Positions 10,270 to 22,301 of a DNA stretch of 64,000 nt are shown here, piece after piece (the first letter of the stretch is position 1; every line of letters starts with the position of its first letter). This DNA comes from Spirochaetota bacterium (lineage in GTDB: Bacteria > Spirochaetota > UBA4802 > UBA5550). The stretch is taken from assembly GCA_050298055.1 (NCBI GenBank), contig JBNKTL010000012.1:34855-98854 (forward strand), written 5' to 3'. The notes beneath the pieces were generated by a model. It made no database searches and was not told the origin of the DNA. It worked only from the letters and a program-made list of their open reading frames with translations. Position numbers and translations under genes: made by a program.

Positions 10270-12039
10270 CTATTCGTTCAGCTCAAGCTCCTTTATTTTC
10301 TCTTCCAGGGGCAGCCCCCTGGTGTCCAGCCCCCTTACCCTGTAGTATTTGTTCCGTGCTTCCAGAAATCTGTTTCTGTCCAGGGGTTTTATCTCCATAC
10401 CGTTTCCGCTGCTCCCTTCCTCCCTGAAAAATATTTCGGGGAGGTCATCGTCATCAGCGGTAAATCCGTTCATTGAGTTCATAATTCTCTCATTGTAGAA
10501 TATCCTCTCCCCGGCCTTCATGAGGTCCTGGGCCGTGGTCTTTATTCCGGTGACACCGCCGTAGGCCCGGGCGTATTCTTCCAGGGAAGCGGCAAAGAAG
10601 ATGAACTTGCATGCTGTGAGTGAATCAACAACGGCATTGAGGTCCTCGTTGAGCTTGATGATCCGTGCCTTTCCGCTGAATGAGAACCTGTCCGTTGAAA
10701 CGGGTTTTCTGAGTATTTCATGTGAAATAGGGTAGGCGCGAAGATGGCATCCCCCCCTGGTGGAGGTGGCATATCCCAGGGCCATTCCGTAAGCCCCCCG
10801 GGGATCGTATGCGGGAAGTTCCTGTCCTTTTACACTGATAGAGGCTTCCGGTTTTCCTTTCCGTTGGGCATATCTTGCGGACCCCATCTTCAGCCCGGTT
10901 CCTTCATCACGGGAATATCCTGTCTTAATGAGAAGATCTCTGATCATACCCGGTGTAAGCTTAATTCCGTTTATCTGAGAAAAACATGAAAGTGTGGCAG
11001 CGGCAGATATTGTATCCATACCCAGGCTGTTGCATATTCCGTTTGCCTCAACAACTGTATCCATATCATCGTTCTCAAGAAGTGCGCTGAAATGAGACAT
11101 TGTTTCAAACTCGGGGATAATTTCTCCCCGGGAGCCCGTCTTTTTACACTGTATATGGCAGCCCGTGCAGCCTGTTTTCTTTGTGGTGAATCTTTTCCTG
11201 TAGCTGTATGCGTTCATGAAAGGGGCGTTTTTAAAGAGAGTTTTCCTGAAATTATCTGTGGGCATCATCCTCCGTGAATGCATCAGGTCATAGAGCGCCC
11301 CTGTCCCATATTCAGAGATCCCCAGTTCGCCCATTATCACAGGTGAAGCAGCCGCCAGTCTGAATATCTCCTCCCTGGCCATCCTGACTTCATCCCTGTT
11401 GAAGCATTCTGTTCTGCCTGTCCCCCGCACACTGATATATTTAATTCCCTTATCAACCATGAGAAGTCCCAGCCCGTTTCTTCCGGAGAAGAAATGGCCG
11501 TCAATGGAGATATTTGAGAAGAGCACGCCGTTTTCCGCTGCGGGCCCAACGGATACAATGGATCCCTGAGCCCGGAGTTTTGCGGTTAATTCATCCGTTG
11601 TAAGTCCCCTGAGCCCTTCCCCGTCAGTCAGTGTAATACTGCTGTTATTAATCTCAATGCCGCACAGGCGGTCTCTTTTTCCCGTTATGATGATTCCGTC
11701 AAGGCCTGTTCTCTTGATCAGGGAAGCAAGTTTTCCCCCAACGGAGGTATCTCCGATAGTCCCGGTAAGGGGGGACCGTGACATTATGGTCATCCTGCCG
11801 GAAGTGGGTGAGGGTGTATCCACAAGGGGGCCGGTGAAGAGAAGAAGGGGCATCCCGGGGCTGTTCCAGTTTTCGGTAATATGGGGTTTCAGGTAATGTC
11901 CGGCGAGCCCCCTTCCCCCGATATATTTTTCCAGGACTTCAGGAGCGATATCTTCAATGACAGTTTCCGAAGTTGTGAGGTTAATCCTTAACAGCCTGCC
12001 GTTCCAGCCTTTTAGTTGGAATTGTGTTTTTTTTGACAT
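10270..12039 (-). CDS. Aldehyde:ferredoxin oxidoreductase (W/Mo-pterin AOR family)
   Basis: YIGGRG, SPLTG, GPAAEN, CTGCHIQC, PEFET, GMDTIS, YDPR and RGGCH motifs; start at MSKKTQ avoids overlap with the upstream gene. Confidence 0.9.
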   Translation of the reverse strand: MSKKTQFQLKGWNGRLLRINLTTSETVIEDIAPEVLEKYIGGRGLAGHYLKPHITENWNSPGMPLLLFTGPLVDTPSPTSGRMTIMSRSPLTGTIGDTSVGGKLASLIKRTGLDGIIITGKRDRLCGIEINNSSITLTDGEGLRGLTTDELTAKLRAQGSIVSVGPAAENGVLFSNISIDGHFFSGRNGLGLLMVDKGIKYISVRGTGRTECFNRDEVRMAREEIFRLAAASPVIMGELGISEYGTGALYDLMHSRRMMPTDNFRKTLFKNAPFMNAYSYRKRFTTKKTGCTGCHIQCKKTGSRGEIIPEFETMSHFSALLENDDMDTVVEANGICNSLGMDTISAAATLSCFSQINGIKLTPGMIRDLLIKTGYSRDEGTGLKMGSARYAQRKGKPEASISVKGQELPAYDPRGAYGMALGYATSTRGGCHLRAYPISHEILRKPVSTDRFSFSGKARIIKLNEDLNAVVDSLTACKFIFFAASLEEYARAYGGVTGIKTTAQDLMKAGERIFYNERIMNSMNGFTADDDDLPEIFFREEGSSGNGMEIKPLDRNRFLEARNKYYRVRGLDTRGLPLEEKIKELELNE

Positions 12040-12079
12040 AAATGGTTTCTCGTTATTTTCAAAGAAGGCTCTTATTTTT

Positions 12080-13867
12080 TTAAAGGTCAATCTTGTCCAT
12101 AAGAGAGTAGAGGTCTTCTCCATCTTTCGGAAATTCTGCAGTGAGCGAGGTCAGGAGGAGCTGTAATTCAGTGCTGTTGAACTGGCTTGTAATCTCCTGG
12201 CAGAGAGAATTCACAAGGGGAACGGCAAACTTCTTGTCTTTCCCGGGAAGTACTATGAGAATTTTATGCCGGCCGTACCTGAGTGAAAAATCATTATCGG
12301 ACAGCCGGGTTTTAATAAGGTCTTCAAATCGTTCGAGCAGTTGTTTAAACGCGCTTTGACCGTAAAGGCTGTAGTATCTCCTGTAGTTCTTTATTGAAAG
12401 CAGTGCTATAGTGAGAGGGATCCCCAGGTTCCGGGAGTTTGATATTTCGTCCTCTATCCTTTTGAAGATTATCTCTACGTTGTCTATATAGCTGCTCCGG
12501 CTGCTGTCCATATACTGGATATTCTGTATATGGTAGAAAAGAAATTCAATGACCATCCCGAGTTTTTTATCAATCGCAGGAAGGTTTGCTTCAGGTGATA
12601 AATTAAAGATAATAATAAAACCCTGGATGTTGTTGCCCACCAGAAAGGGGTAGACCCTGAATATCCCGGCTTTTTGTATCTGTGATTCTTTAAACGTGGT
12701 ACGGATTAAATCGGATTTCCGGAAATTATCGATTTTTATGGGAATATCCGGCTTGTTGATAAACCTGATAAAATCATCATTCTTCCTGAGGGTGAACTTC
12801 GATTTTTTCAGTGACAGCCTGTCATCCGCTTCAGTAAATTCGGGATAAAATCTTTCATCATCCCTGTGTTTTATGAATATCGCGTAGGTCTCCAGGCCAA
12901 GTTTCCCGAACTGCTCCGTTATGACACTGTTCACGTTTTTAATACTTGTTTCCGATTTTACCCTCTCTCTGAACTTATTGGTGTCGGAGATCTCTTCCAG
13001 GCTTTGTTTGAGTTTGCGGTTCTCTTTCTTTAAATTCTCTTCAGAAATGATCTTATGCAGTGCTATGGCGGATATTTCTCCAACAGCCATGAGAAAATCT
13101 TTCTCCTCTGTGCTGTATTCTTCACTTGTAATTTTATCTCCCATGATGGCAACTCCCATAACATCTGTTCTGTGAACAAGAGGCGTCATCAGGCGTGTGT
13201 CTATGGAGATGTAGTTTATATAGTCATCCAAAAGGTCTTTGTGATCTTTAAATTCTTCAATATCGATAATACTTTTTCGGGAAATAAGCTCCTTGAGAAT
13301 CCCGATATCGGGCTCAAAGAAGAGATTCTCATTGTCTATGGTGAGCCCGCTTGACTGGGCAATGATCCATCTGTCACCGTTTTCAGGATCGGGAATTAAA
13401 AGGGAAGATGATGATGTTCCCAGTTGTCCCATAAGCGTAAAGAGGACATAATCGTAGAGTTCTTCTCTTGTCTGTGCCTTGGAAATCTCCTTCTCGATTT
13501 CATAAAGGAGCATGAAATCTCCCGATACTCCTTCACGTTCTTCCGTTTCGGTCATGAAGGTGCTTTCAACCTGCCCTGTTTCAGCAGTCCCGGGTTCCGG
13601 ATGCTCTTCCGAAGATTTTTCAGTATCAGTGAGGGGCCGGTCTTCAGAAGGTTCCTCGTCAAGAAGCCTCACTTCCACGGTTTCCAGTTCGCCCTGATCT
13701 TCCAGGTCCGAATCGCTTATGGTTTCTCCTTTTTCGGCCGGACCGGTTTTTTCGGGTAATCCCTCTTCAATTAATTCAAAGTCTTCATCAAGAGTAACAG
13801 TGGCGGTTACTTCCCCGGCTTCTTTCTTTTTCTTCTTATAATTTAATGCTTTATCGAGAAGTCCCAT
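12080..13867 (-). CDS. GAF domain protein with a degenerate GGDEF-like C-terminal domain
   Basis: Acidic linker; GAF (…GDKITSEEYSTEEKDFL); C-terminal PLTIALLSIKNY...DFSLRYGRHKILIVLPG. Confidence 0.65.
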   Translation of the reverse strand: MGLLDKALNYKKKKKEAGEVTATVTLDEDFELIEEGLPEKTGPAEKGETISDSDLEDQGELETVEVRLLDEEPSEDRPLTDTEKSSEEHPEPGTAETGQVESTFMTETEEREGVSGDFMLLYEIEKEISKAQTREELYDYVLFTLMGQLGTSSSSLLIPDPENGDRWIIAQSSGLTIDNENLFFEPDIGILKELISRKSIIDIEEFKDHKDLLDDYINYISIDTRLMTPLVHRTDVMGVAIMGDKITSEEYSTEEKDFLMAVGEISAIALHKIISEENLKKENRKLKQSLEEISDTNKFRERVKSETSIKNVNSVITEQFGKLGLETYAIFIKHRDDERFYPEFTEADDRLSLKKSKFTLRKNDDFIRFINKPDIPIKIDNFRKSDLIRTTFKESQIQKAGIFRVYPFLVGNNIQGFIIIFNLSPEANLPAIDKKLGMVIEFLFYHIQNIQYMDSSRSSYIDNVEIIFKRIEDEISNSRNLGIPLTIALLSIKNYRRYYSLYGQSAFKQLLERFEDLIKTRLSDNDFSLRYGRHKILIVLPGKDKKFAVPLVNSLCQEITSQFNSTELQLLLTSLTAEFPKDGEDLYSLMDKIDL

Positions 13868-15768
13868 TATGATATGCCCATGTCATTCAGTACTTTCGCG
13901 TACAGATCAAAGTATTCGGAATCCGCAAAACTCTTTATTGTGCTTTCCGGGAGTTTTTCGAAAAGACCGTCGAGATATTTTAAAAGATTTTTCAGGTTGT
14001 CCTGCTTCTCTTCCGGAAACTTTTTTATGAACCTGTCAATATCGATATCATCTTCCAGGATAACAATTTTATCGGTAATATCGTATATCTCTTCATGCTC
14101 ACTCTCTGCAGGGGAACCGTCATCTTCAGTGGCTGAACTCTTCAAAGCCATTTCGTCAAAGAAATCCTCAACGATTATTTCAAGGTCGCTGTCAGAAAAT
14201 ACTATTTCATCATTAAGATCTTCCGGTCCGAGATGAGTATCGTCCAATGCGTCACTCTCAAGAGAGGGCTCTATAATCTCCCGGGCTTCTTCCGGTTCTG
14301 CCTTATCCCCGTCTTTAGCAGCCGGTTTCTTGGGATCATGCACTTCTCTGCCCAGGAGTTTTTCGATTTCATCGATATCCTCTTCGAAGATAAGGGCATT
14401 ATCAGAAGAAAGGTCTTCTTCGATTGACAGCTTGACTGTTTCATCAAGTTCTTCCTGACGGGGAGTGATATACCTGTAATTCTTCTCCCGTGTTTCTGAA
14501 AGGTCAATGGGTCCAAAATCCACCCTGAAAAGGTCAACCTCTGCTTCGATGTTGATTCCCTTGTATTCATCATGGAAGAGGTGGTCCTCTATCCCGTTCA
14601 TTTCGTAATCACTGAGGCCGAATAACTCCACGGAAGTTTTTGCTTTTTCTCTTTCAACTTCCCCGGTTGAACCGTAATAATCGTCGATTTTCTTTATGTA
14701 GTCTGAATAGTCTTCATCGATGATGCTTGAGTCAATGATGTCAAGTTCGGTGTCCCTGTATTTATATTCAGCATCTTCAAAATCAATAATAAGATCACTG
14801 TAAGCGTTCCTGTCATCGGAAATAAAAGACGCGATCATTTTCCGGTCTTCATCATCATCTGCTTCTGTGAGGATGATAGACTTTTTTTCAATTACGTCAC
14901 CGATTTCAACAGCAATATTTTCAAGTTCACTCTCTCCAAATTCAGATACCGGAACCTCTTCTTTTTCGAAGGATTCGTCATCGATGAATCTTACCCTGCT
15001 GTCATCTGTTCCAATCTCCCTGATCTCATCGAGGGTATATTCCTTAACACTCCCCGCATCAACAACAGAGACCTCCTCGACTTTTTCGGGGGAAACCGGT
15101 TCTTCATCTTTTTTTTCTTCCGGTACCGGCTTTTCAAGAAAATCATCTTCGGAGAGAGAAGCAAAATCCGGTTCGGAAAACTCTACGATTTCTCCAAGGT
15201 CAATATCATCGACTATTTCATCTGAAACTGCTGCTTTCTCTTCATTTTCTTCCTGTTCTTCCCGGGGTTCTATTCTTTTGAGATCTTCGGGCAGGGTGTC
15301 CTGTCCTGCTGCGGATTCTTCTTCAGCAATGACTTCAGCGGGAACTTTTTCTCCTTCGCCCTCTGAAAGAATAGTGTCGATTATTGCCTGTTCTCTTTCT
15401 TCAGCTGTTACGGATGTATCATCTTCTGTGTGGGAATCTGATGGTGAAACGGGTACCGAGGTTCTCTTCATCCCTTTTTTTTGAGTAACCGGTTCATCAG
15501 GAGACGGGGAAGAATCATCTTTCAATGGTATAAGGTCAAATTCTTCGAGACCCAGGATAAGATCATTTTCCGTGAGAAAAAGAATGTCCTCATTTGCAAT
15601 TTTTTCTGCTTCCCGCAGATCTATATTGCCAATGTCATCAACATTGAAGTTATCCGGCAGTTTTTCTTTCAGTCCGTTTTTGAGGTCAATCCTTACCTTT
15701 TGATCTTTTCCCGAATTGCTTTCAGAAATACCGGAAATCCTGTTTTTTTCTGTTTTCTCTTCTTTCAT
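13867..15768 (-). CDS. Highly acidic, low-complexity protein with a conserved spirochaete-type C-terminal helical motif
   Basis: D/E-rich throughout; ends LLKYLDGLFEKLPESTIKSFADSEYFDLYAKVLNDMGIS; its stop overlaps the next start (TAATG). Confidence 0.65.
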   Translation of the reverse strand: MKEEKTEKNRISGISESNSGKDQKVRIDLKNGLKEKLPDNFNVDDIGNIDLREAEKIANEDILFLTENDLILGLEEFDLIPLKDDSSPSPDEPVTQKKGMKRTSVPVSPSDSHTEDDTSVTAEEREQAIIDTILSEGEGEKVPAEVIAEEESAAGQDTLPEDLKRIEPREEQEENEEKAAVSDEIVDDIDLGEIVEFSEPDFASLSEDDFLEKPVPEEKKDEEPVSPEKVEEVSVVDAGSVKEYTLDEIREIGTDDSRVRFIDDESFEKEEVPVSEFGESELENIAVEIGDVIEKKSIILTEADDDEDRKMIASFISDDRNAYSDLIIDFEDAEYKYRDTELDIIDSSIIDEDYSDYIKKIDDYYGSTGEVEREKAKTSVELFGLSDYEMNGIEDHLFHDEYKGINIEAEVDLFRVDFGPIDLSETREKNYRYITPRQEELDETVKLSIEEDLSSDNALIFEEDIDEIEKLLGREVHDPKKPAAKDGDKAEPEEAREIIEPSLESDALDDTHLGPEDLNDEIVFSDSDLEIIVEDFFDEMALKSSATEDDGSPAESEHEEIYDITDKIVILEDDIDIDRFIKKFPEEKQDNLKNLLKYLDGLFEKLPESTIKSFADSEYFDLYAKVLNDMGIS

Positions 15769-16045
15769 GGCAATAAAGAAATATCTTATCAATCCCTGTT
15801 GTTTAATAGTCTGAACTGCAACATCTATTATAGGTACCCCGGTTTTTTTTGAGGTTCACTTATGTTTATAAAATACAAAATAATATCAAGATAAAATCAA
15901 ATAGTTTCATCATAAAAAGAGGAAATATTTTCATTTTGTCGAATAATTTCTGATTTTGATACCTGGCTTTTAATTTTTCCTGAACATACTTATTATTTGA
16001 ACAAAATATTATCTATAAGTTAATATCTTAATCCAATTTTTATAT

Positions 16046-16181
16046 AACCAATCAACTATATGGCCAAAATAGACCAATTTAGTGAAAATATCAACTATAT
16101 ACTCCCGCCGCGGTGGGCGGCGGGAACATATCAGTTATGTTTTGTCATAAATATAAGTCTTAAACATAGCCAAGTAGTAGC
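16046..16181 (-). mobile_element. MITE-like intergenic repeat, copy 2
   Basis: Hairpin TCCCGCCGC-GGTGG-GCGGCGGGA (16103-16125) with flanks AAAATATCAAC / CATATCAGTTAT and end CATAGCCAAGTAGT. Confidence 0.65.
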
Positions 16182-16240
16182 ATTTTTAATAATTATTCCA
16201 TGTTATCATTAATATATCGGTCATTGTGTATGTTTACAGC

Positions 16241-16281
16241 AAAAAAAAAGCTGCAACAGCTTATTGCTGAAACAGCTTTTT
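16241..16281 (-). terminator. Rho-independent terminator of the atp operon
   Basis: A9-GCTG..CAGC-TTATT-GCTG..CAGC-T5 just past the atpC stop. Confidence 0.65.
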
Positions 16282-16301
16282 CCAGGTTTTATTTTGTCCG
16301 G

Positions 16302-16712
16302 TTATCTTTTCGATACCTTCAGTTTTATTTTCAGGTTCTTTGCCGTCTCCAGGTATGTGTAACCCTCCCCGGTTTTGGCATCAGCTTTTTTTGTCTTCAT
16401 AATCTCTTTGACTTCATCAAGTTCTTTCTGCAGTGTATCCGGGTCCAGTTCTTCTTTCAGATATCCCTTTTTCGCCAGGATGGTCAGATTGTCGTCCACA
16501 AATTCGAGAAGACCTCCTTCAAGCATGAGGTATTCTGTGGATTGCCCCTGCATGAGCCTGACTTCACCATTTCCAAGTTTTGTAATAAAGGGAATATGCC
16601 GGAGAAGAAAACCTCTTTCTCCATCATGTGCCTGAACCACGGCAAAATCCACTTCTCCTTCAAAGATATATCTTTCAGGTGTAAGGATTGTACAGTTAAT
16701 TTTTCTACTCAT
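16302..16712 (-). CDS. atpC: ATP synthase F1 epsilon subunit
   Basis: ILTPE...GERGFLLRHIP...GG; last gene of the operon. Confidence 0.93.
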   Translation of the reverse strand: MSRKINCTILTPERYIFEGEVDFAVVQAHDGERGFLLRHIPFITKLGNGEVRLMQGQSTEYLMLEGGLLEFVDDNLTILAKKGYLKEELDPDTLQKELDEVKEIMKTKKADAKTGEGYTYLETAKNLKIKLKVSKR

Positions 16713-16714
16713 TT

Positions 16715-18130
<1,416 letters not shown>

Positions 18131-18195
18131 TTAACTGTCTCCTTGGTCTCTTAATATCTCAATAAATATATTTTTTTTATCACCGGGAGCCGGAA

Positions 18196-19077
18196 CTACT
18201 CAAGTGCTGCTGCTCCACCGACAATTTCTGCAATTTCATTTGTAATCTTGGCCTGTCGTGCCCTGTTGTATGAAATTGTCAGCTCCTTGACAATTTCCGT
18301 TGATGCATCTGTTGCGTTTTTCATTGCCACCATTCGGGCAAACTGCTCGGAATAGTTCGATTCCAGGAAGCAGTTGAAAACCTTTACATCGAGGTAAAGG
18401 GGGAGAATGTACGACAGCATCTCTTCAGGATTGGGATCGAAGATGTAGGATGATCGTCTTGAACCGGGAACGTCCTGAGGGCGCCCTTCTTCGGGTGTAA
18501 TAGGCAGAAGTTTCATGACTTTTGCTTTTTGAACCGAAGTTGATATGACATTGGTGTACGATATGTATATCTCATGAAACTCACCGCTTGTAAAGAGCTC
18601 TCTCACTTCAGAAGTCAGCATCCTTGCATGGTCCATTGTAAGTTTGTCCTCAAGGTTCAGTGTTGACTTAAACATCGGTTCGTTTATGAACTTCAGATAG
18701 TTGATTCCCTTTTTCCCGATGACATAATTGTAGGTCTCCTTTCCCTCATCCGCGAGTTTTTCCTTAAGGGTAAGTGAATTGTAGATAACATTGGTATTGT
18801 AACTTCCGCAGAGTCCCCTGTTACCGGTTATCATTATCATCAGGATCCTTGTGGGGTGAATAAATTCACTGAAAAGCGGGTCGTACAATTCGCTGATATC
18901 AGAGCTCATCAGGTTCTGCATCACATCGTTGAGCTTTCCTTCATAGTTCTGAGACATCAGGAGCCTCTGTTGCACCTTTTTCATTTTGGCGCTGGCAACC
19001 ATCTCCATTGTGCTTGTGATCTTCTTTGTGTTGGATATGGATTTTATTCTGTTTTTAATATCTCTCTGGTTTGCCAC
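18196..19077 (-). CDS. atpG: ATP synthase F1 gamma subunit
   Basis: KITSTMEMVA, RGLCG, YNRARQAKITNEIAEIVGG. Confidence 0.97.
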   Translation of the reverse strand: MANQRDIKNRIKSISNTKKITSTMEMVASAKMKKVQQRLLMSQNYEGKLNDVMQNLMSSDISELYDPLFSEFIHPTRILMIMITGNRGLCGSYNTNVIYNSLTLKEKLADEGKETYNYVIGKKGINYLKFINEPMFKSTLNLEDKLTMDHARMLTSEVRELFTSGEFHEIYISYTNVISTSVQKAKVMKLLPITPEEGRPQDVPGSRRSSYIFDPNPEEMLSYILPLYLDVKVFNCFLESNYSEQFARMVAMKNATDASTEIVKELTISYNRARQAKITNEIAEIVGGAAALE

Positions 19078-19102
19078 TGATATGCCCTCTTATCTCCGGT
19101 AA

Positions 19103-20611
19103 TTATTCAGCAAGAAATTTTTCAACGAAGTCCGCCGTAACTTTATTGAGTTTATCCGGATCATTCAGTACGCCGGTTTCCGCGATATCGGAGAGAATAT
19201 CCTGGTGTGATTTTTTCAGCATATCCAGGAAGTTTGTTTCAAACTCTTTCATCCTCTCCAGGGGTATCCTGTCGCAATGTCCCTGTGTTCCGGCAAAGAT
19301 AATGGCGACCTGTTCTTCCACGTGCATGGGAACATATTGTCCCTGCTTGAGTATCTCCACAAGCCTCATTCCTCTATCAAGCTGCTTTTGAGTTGCCGCA
19401 TCCAGCTCGGTACCCATCTGCGCGAAAGCTTCAAGTTCCCTGAACTGGGCAAGGTCCAGTCTCAATGAACCGGCATATTTTCTCATGGCCTTGATCTGGG
19501 CGTTTCCTCCGACCCGGGATACGGATATACCCACGTCAACGGCCGGTCTTATTCCCGATGCAAAAAGGTTTGGCAGCAGGTATATCTGACCGTCTGTAAT
19601 CGATATGACATTGGTGGGAATATACGCGGAAACTTCACCCTCCTGGGTTTCGATAATGGGAAGTGCTGTGAGTGACCCACCCCCCATTTCATCCGATAGT
19701 TTGGCAGATCTTTCCAGGAGACGTGAGTGACAGTAGAAGATGTCACCCGGGTAAGCTTCCCGTCCCGGAGGCCTTCTGAGAAGAAGTGAAAGTTCCCTGT
19801 AGGCGTTTGCCTGCTTGGAAAGGTCATCGTATATGCAGAGTGTATGCCCGCCCTTTTCATACATGAAGTACTCGGCCATTGCGGTCCCGGCATAGGGTGC
19901 GATATACTGCAGGGTTGACGGGTCCGAAGCATTTGCCGCAACAACAATGGTGTAATCCAATGCCCCGGCTTCCCTGAGCTTTTGAACAACACCGGCAACA
20001 GTTGAAGCTTTTTGTCCCACTGCAACGTAAACGCAGATAACATCTTTTCCTTTCTGGTTTATAATAGTATCAATGGCAATCGCGGTTTTACCGGTTTTCC
20101 TGTCTCCGATTATCAGCTCCCTTTGTCCTCTCCCGATGGGAGTCATCGAGTCAACGGATTTCAGCCCGGTTTGTAAAGGTTCTTTAACCGGCTGCCGCTG
20201 TGCTATGCCCGGTGCGTTAAATTCAACCGGTCTCATATTACCGGATTGTACGGGACCTCTTCCGTCAAGAGGGTCTCCCAGGGGCGTAATGATCCTTCCG
20301 AGAAGTTCATCGCCAACCGGCACTGCGAGGACCTTGTTAAGTTTCTTAACGGAATCTCCCTCTTCAATTTTCAGATAGTCACCAAGGATCGCAACACCAA
20401 CCGTATCTTCTTCAAGGTTGAGAACCATGCCCTGGACTCCGCTTTCAAACTCAACCATTTCTGCGGACATGGCATTGGAGAGGCCGTTGATTTTTGCAAT
20501 CCCGTCACCAACCTGAATGACCGTTCCAACTTCACTGACATCCAGTTCGGTCTTGAAACCTTCTATTTCATTCTTTATAAGAGATTTAATTTCACTTGTA
20601 TTAATCTTCAT
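19103..20611 (-). CDS. atpA: ATP synthase F1 alpha subunit
   Basis: [25 protein letters not shown]. Confidence 0.98.
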   Translation of the reverse strand: MKINTSEIKSLIKNEIEGFKTELDVSEVGTVIQVGDGIAKINGLSNAMSAEMVEFESGVQGMVLNLEEDTVGVAILGDYLKIEEGDSVKKLNKVLAVPVGDELLGRIITPLGDPLDGRGPVQSGNMRPVEFNAPGIAQRQPVKEPLQTGLKSVDSMTPIGRGQRELIIGDRKTGKTAIAIDTIINQKGKDVICVYVAVGQKASTVAGVVQKLREAGALDYTIVVAANASDPSTLQYIAPYAGTAMAEYFMYEKGGHTLCIYDDLSKQANAYRELSLLLRRPPGREAYPGDIFYCHSRLLERSAKLSDEMGGGSLTALPIIETQEGEVSAYIPTNVISITDGQIYLLPNLFASGIRPAVDVGISVSRVGGNAQIKAMRKYAGSLRLDLAQFRELEAFAQMGTELDAATQKQLDRGMRLVEILKQGQYVPMHVEEQVAIIFAGTQGHCDRIPLERMKEFETNFLDMLKKSHQDILSDIAETGVLNDPDKLNKVTADFVEKFLAE

Positions 20612-21170
20612 ATGCAACATCACTCCCGACTTTACTGAAAATTAGATTATTTTTTATTCTTTTAAGCTGGTTAGCAACTGACCCGTCAATTAAGAGGTCA
20701 TCAATTTTTATAATTATTCCGCCAAGAATTTTCTCATTAATTGTTTCATCAAGTATGATTTCTTTATTAAGCTTTTTGCTTAACACGGTTTTAATATTTT
20801 TTCTCACTGAGTCATCCATTTCAAATCGTGTGGTTACAGTGACACGCTGCCTGTTATTGATCAGATCGACCTGTTTAACAAACTCATTATAGATTTGATC
20901 AAGTTCTCCTGTGCAGTTGAAATCAATCGTGGATTTCAACATGTTTACAACAGGGTCAGATAACTTGCCGGAAAAGAGTTTCTCTATGAATTTCTTCTTC
21001 TTTTCACCGGAAATATCATGAGAATCGAAATATCTCTTCAGTTCTTTCTCTTCATGAAAAAGTTCGGCAACTGTCCGCAGTTCATTTTCGAAATCTGACA
21101 GGACATTTTTAGCTTTGCCAACTTCTGACAGTGATTCCGCGAATATACGCGCGATATTTTTATCAGCCAC
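20601..21170 (-). CDS. atpH: ATP synthase F1 delta subunit
   Basis: [18 protein letters not shown]; operon position. Confidence 0.92.
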   Translation of the reverse strand: MADKNIARIFAESLSEVGKAKNVLSDFENELRTVAELFHEEKELKRYFDSHDISGEKKKKFIEKLFSGKLSDPVVNMLKSTIDFNCTGELDQIYNEFVKQVDLINNRQRVTVTTRFEMDDSVRKNIKTVLSKKLNKEIILDETINEKILGGIIIKIDDLLIDGSVANQLKRIKNNLIFSKVGSDVAYED

Positions 21171-21216
21171 AATAACACCTTAGAGAGGACTCTTTCCTGA
21201 TTGAGTCAGCCCAGAA

Positions 21217-21726
21217 TTACTGAACTGACTCAATTTTATCAAGAGTCTCATTAATTATAGATTTTTGATCATCAGGATTAAGGTTTTTGTTAATTATTTT
21301 AGAAGCTATATCAGTGGAAATACTAACGATTTCAGATTTCAGTTCTGCAAGAGCAGAATCTTTGGCAAGAGTGATCTCATTTTTTGTGCTTTCGGCAATA
21401 TTCCTGGCGTCACTGTTTGCCTTCTCAATAATATCGTTTCTGATTTTTTCGGCTTCAATTTTACTTTTTTCAATGATATTCGAAGCTTCCTCCTTTGCTT
21501 TGTCCATCATCTCTTTATGTTTATGTAACAGTTCCTCTGCTTCCTGGCGGGCCTTGTCCGCATTGGACAGGTCGCCGCGTATTCTCTCTGATCGTGCGTC
21601 CAGAGCCTCAACAATAGGTTTCCAGGCGGTCTTCCACAGGATCAGGAGAAGTACGAGAAAAGTAATGACTGTCCACAACAGCAAACCCGGATCAACTTTT
21701 AATAATCCTTCTTTAATAACGTTCAT
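21217..21726 (-). CDS. atpF: ATP synthase Fo subunit b
   Basis: N-terminal TM helix, WKPIVEALDAR, coiled coil. Confidence 0.93.
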   Translation of the reverse strand: MNVIKEGLLKVDPGLLLWTVITFLVLLLILWKTAWKPIVEALDARSERIRGDLSNADKARQEAEELLHKHKEMMDKAKEEASNIIEKSKIEAEKIRNDIIEKANSDARNIAESTKNEITLAKDSALAELKSEIVSISTDIASKIINKNLNPDDQKSIINETLDKIESVQ

Positions 21727-21750
21727 CAGCGAACTTTCCTGTTAGACAGA

Positions 21751-22041
21751 TTATTTTGTTTCCACATGAGCCGGAGCTTTCTCTGGCGGCGTAGCTGCTT
21801 TTTCAATAGGTGCTTTCGTTGCCAGCATGAATGTTACAACCAGCGCAAAGAAGGTAAAACCCTCAATAAGAGCCGCCGCAATAATCATGGTTGTTCGCAG
21901 TTCACCGCTTGTTTCCGGCTGCCTGGCCATTCCTTCAAAAGATGCCGCTGCGAGTTTACCTATCCCAACTGAGGCTCCAAATACTATCAGTCCGGCTCCG
22001 AGTCCTGCAGCAAGATATGCAAAAGCTAATTCCATATTCAT
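21751..22041 (-). CDS. atpE: ATP synthase Fo subunit c
   Basis: ARQPE loop, LIEG ion-binding Glu. Confidence 0.96.
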   Translation of the reverse strand: MNMELAFAYLAAGLGAGLIVFGASVGIGKLAAASFEGMARQPETSGELRTTMIIAAALIEGFTFFALVVTFMLATKAPIEKAATPPEKAPAHVETK

Positions 22042-22301
22042 TTTTTAGTATCCTCCTAAAAGTTTATACGATTTAGTTTTTTTTACCTGTTTTAAAAGTT
22101 AACGGTAAAGCATAATGACATTTACCTGAAAACTATTTATTATAAACGAGCATAATAAAAGTAATATATATAAGAAGCAATATCAAATTATGGGTACATC
22201 AAAAATTAAATTTGTCATAATTTTTAAACGAAGTATACCCGCAAGTGAACGTCATGCTGATAACATAAATGTTCCCTTATTTGTTATTTGCTCCAAATAA
22301 A

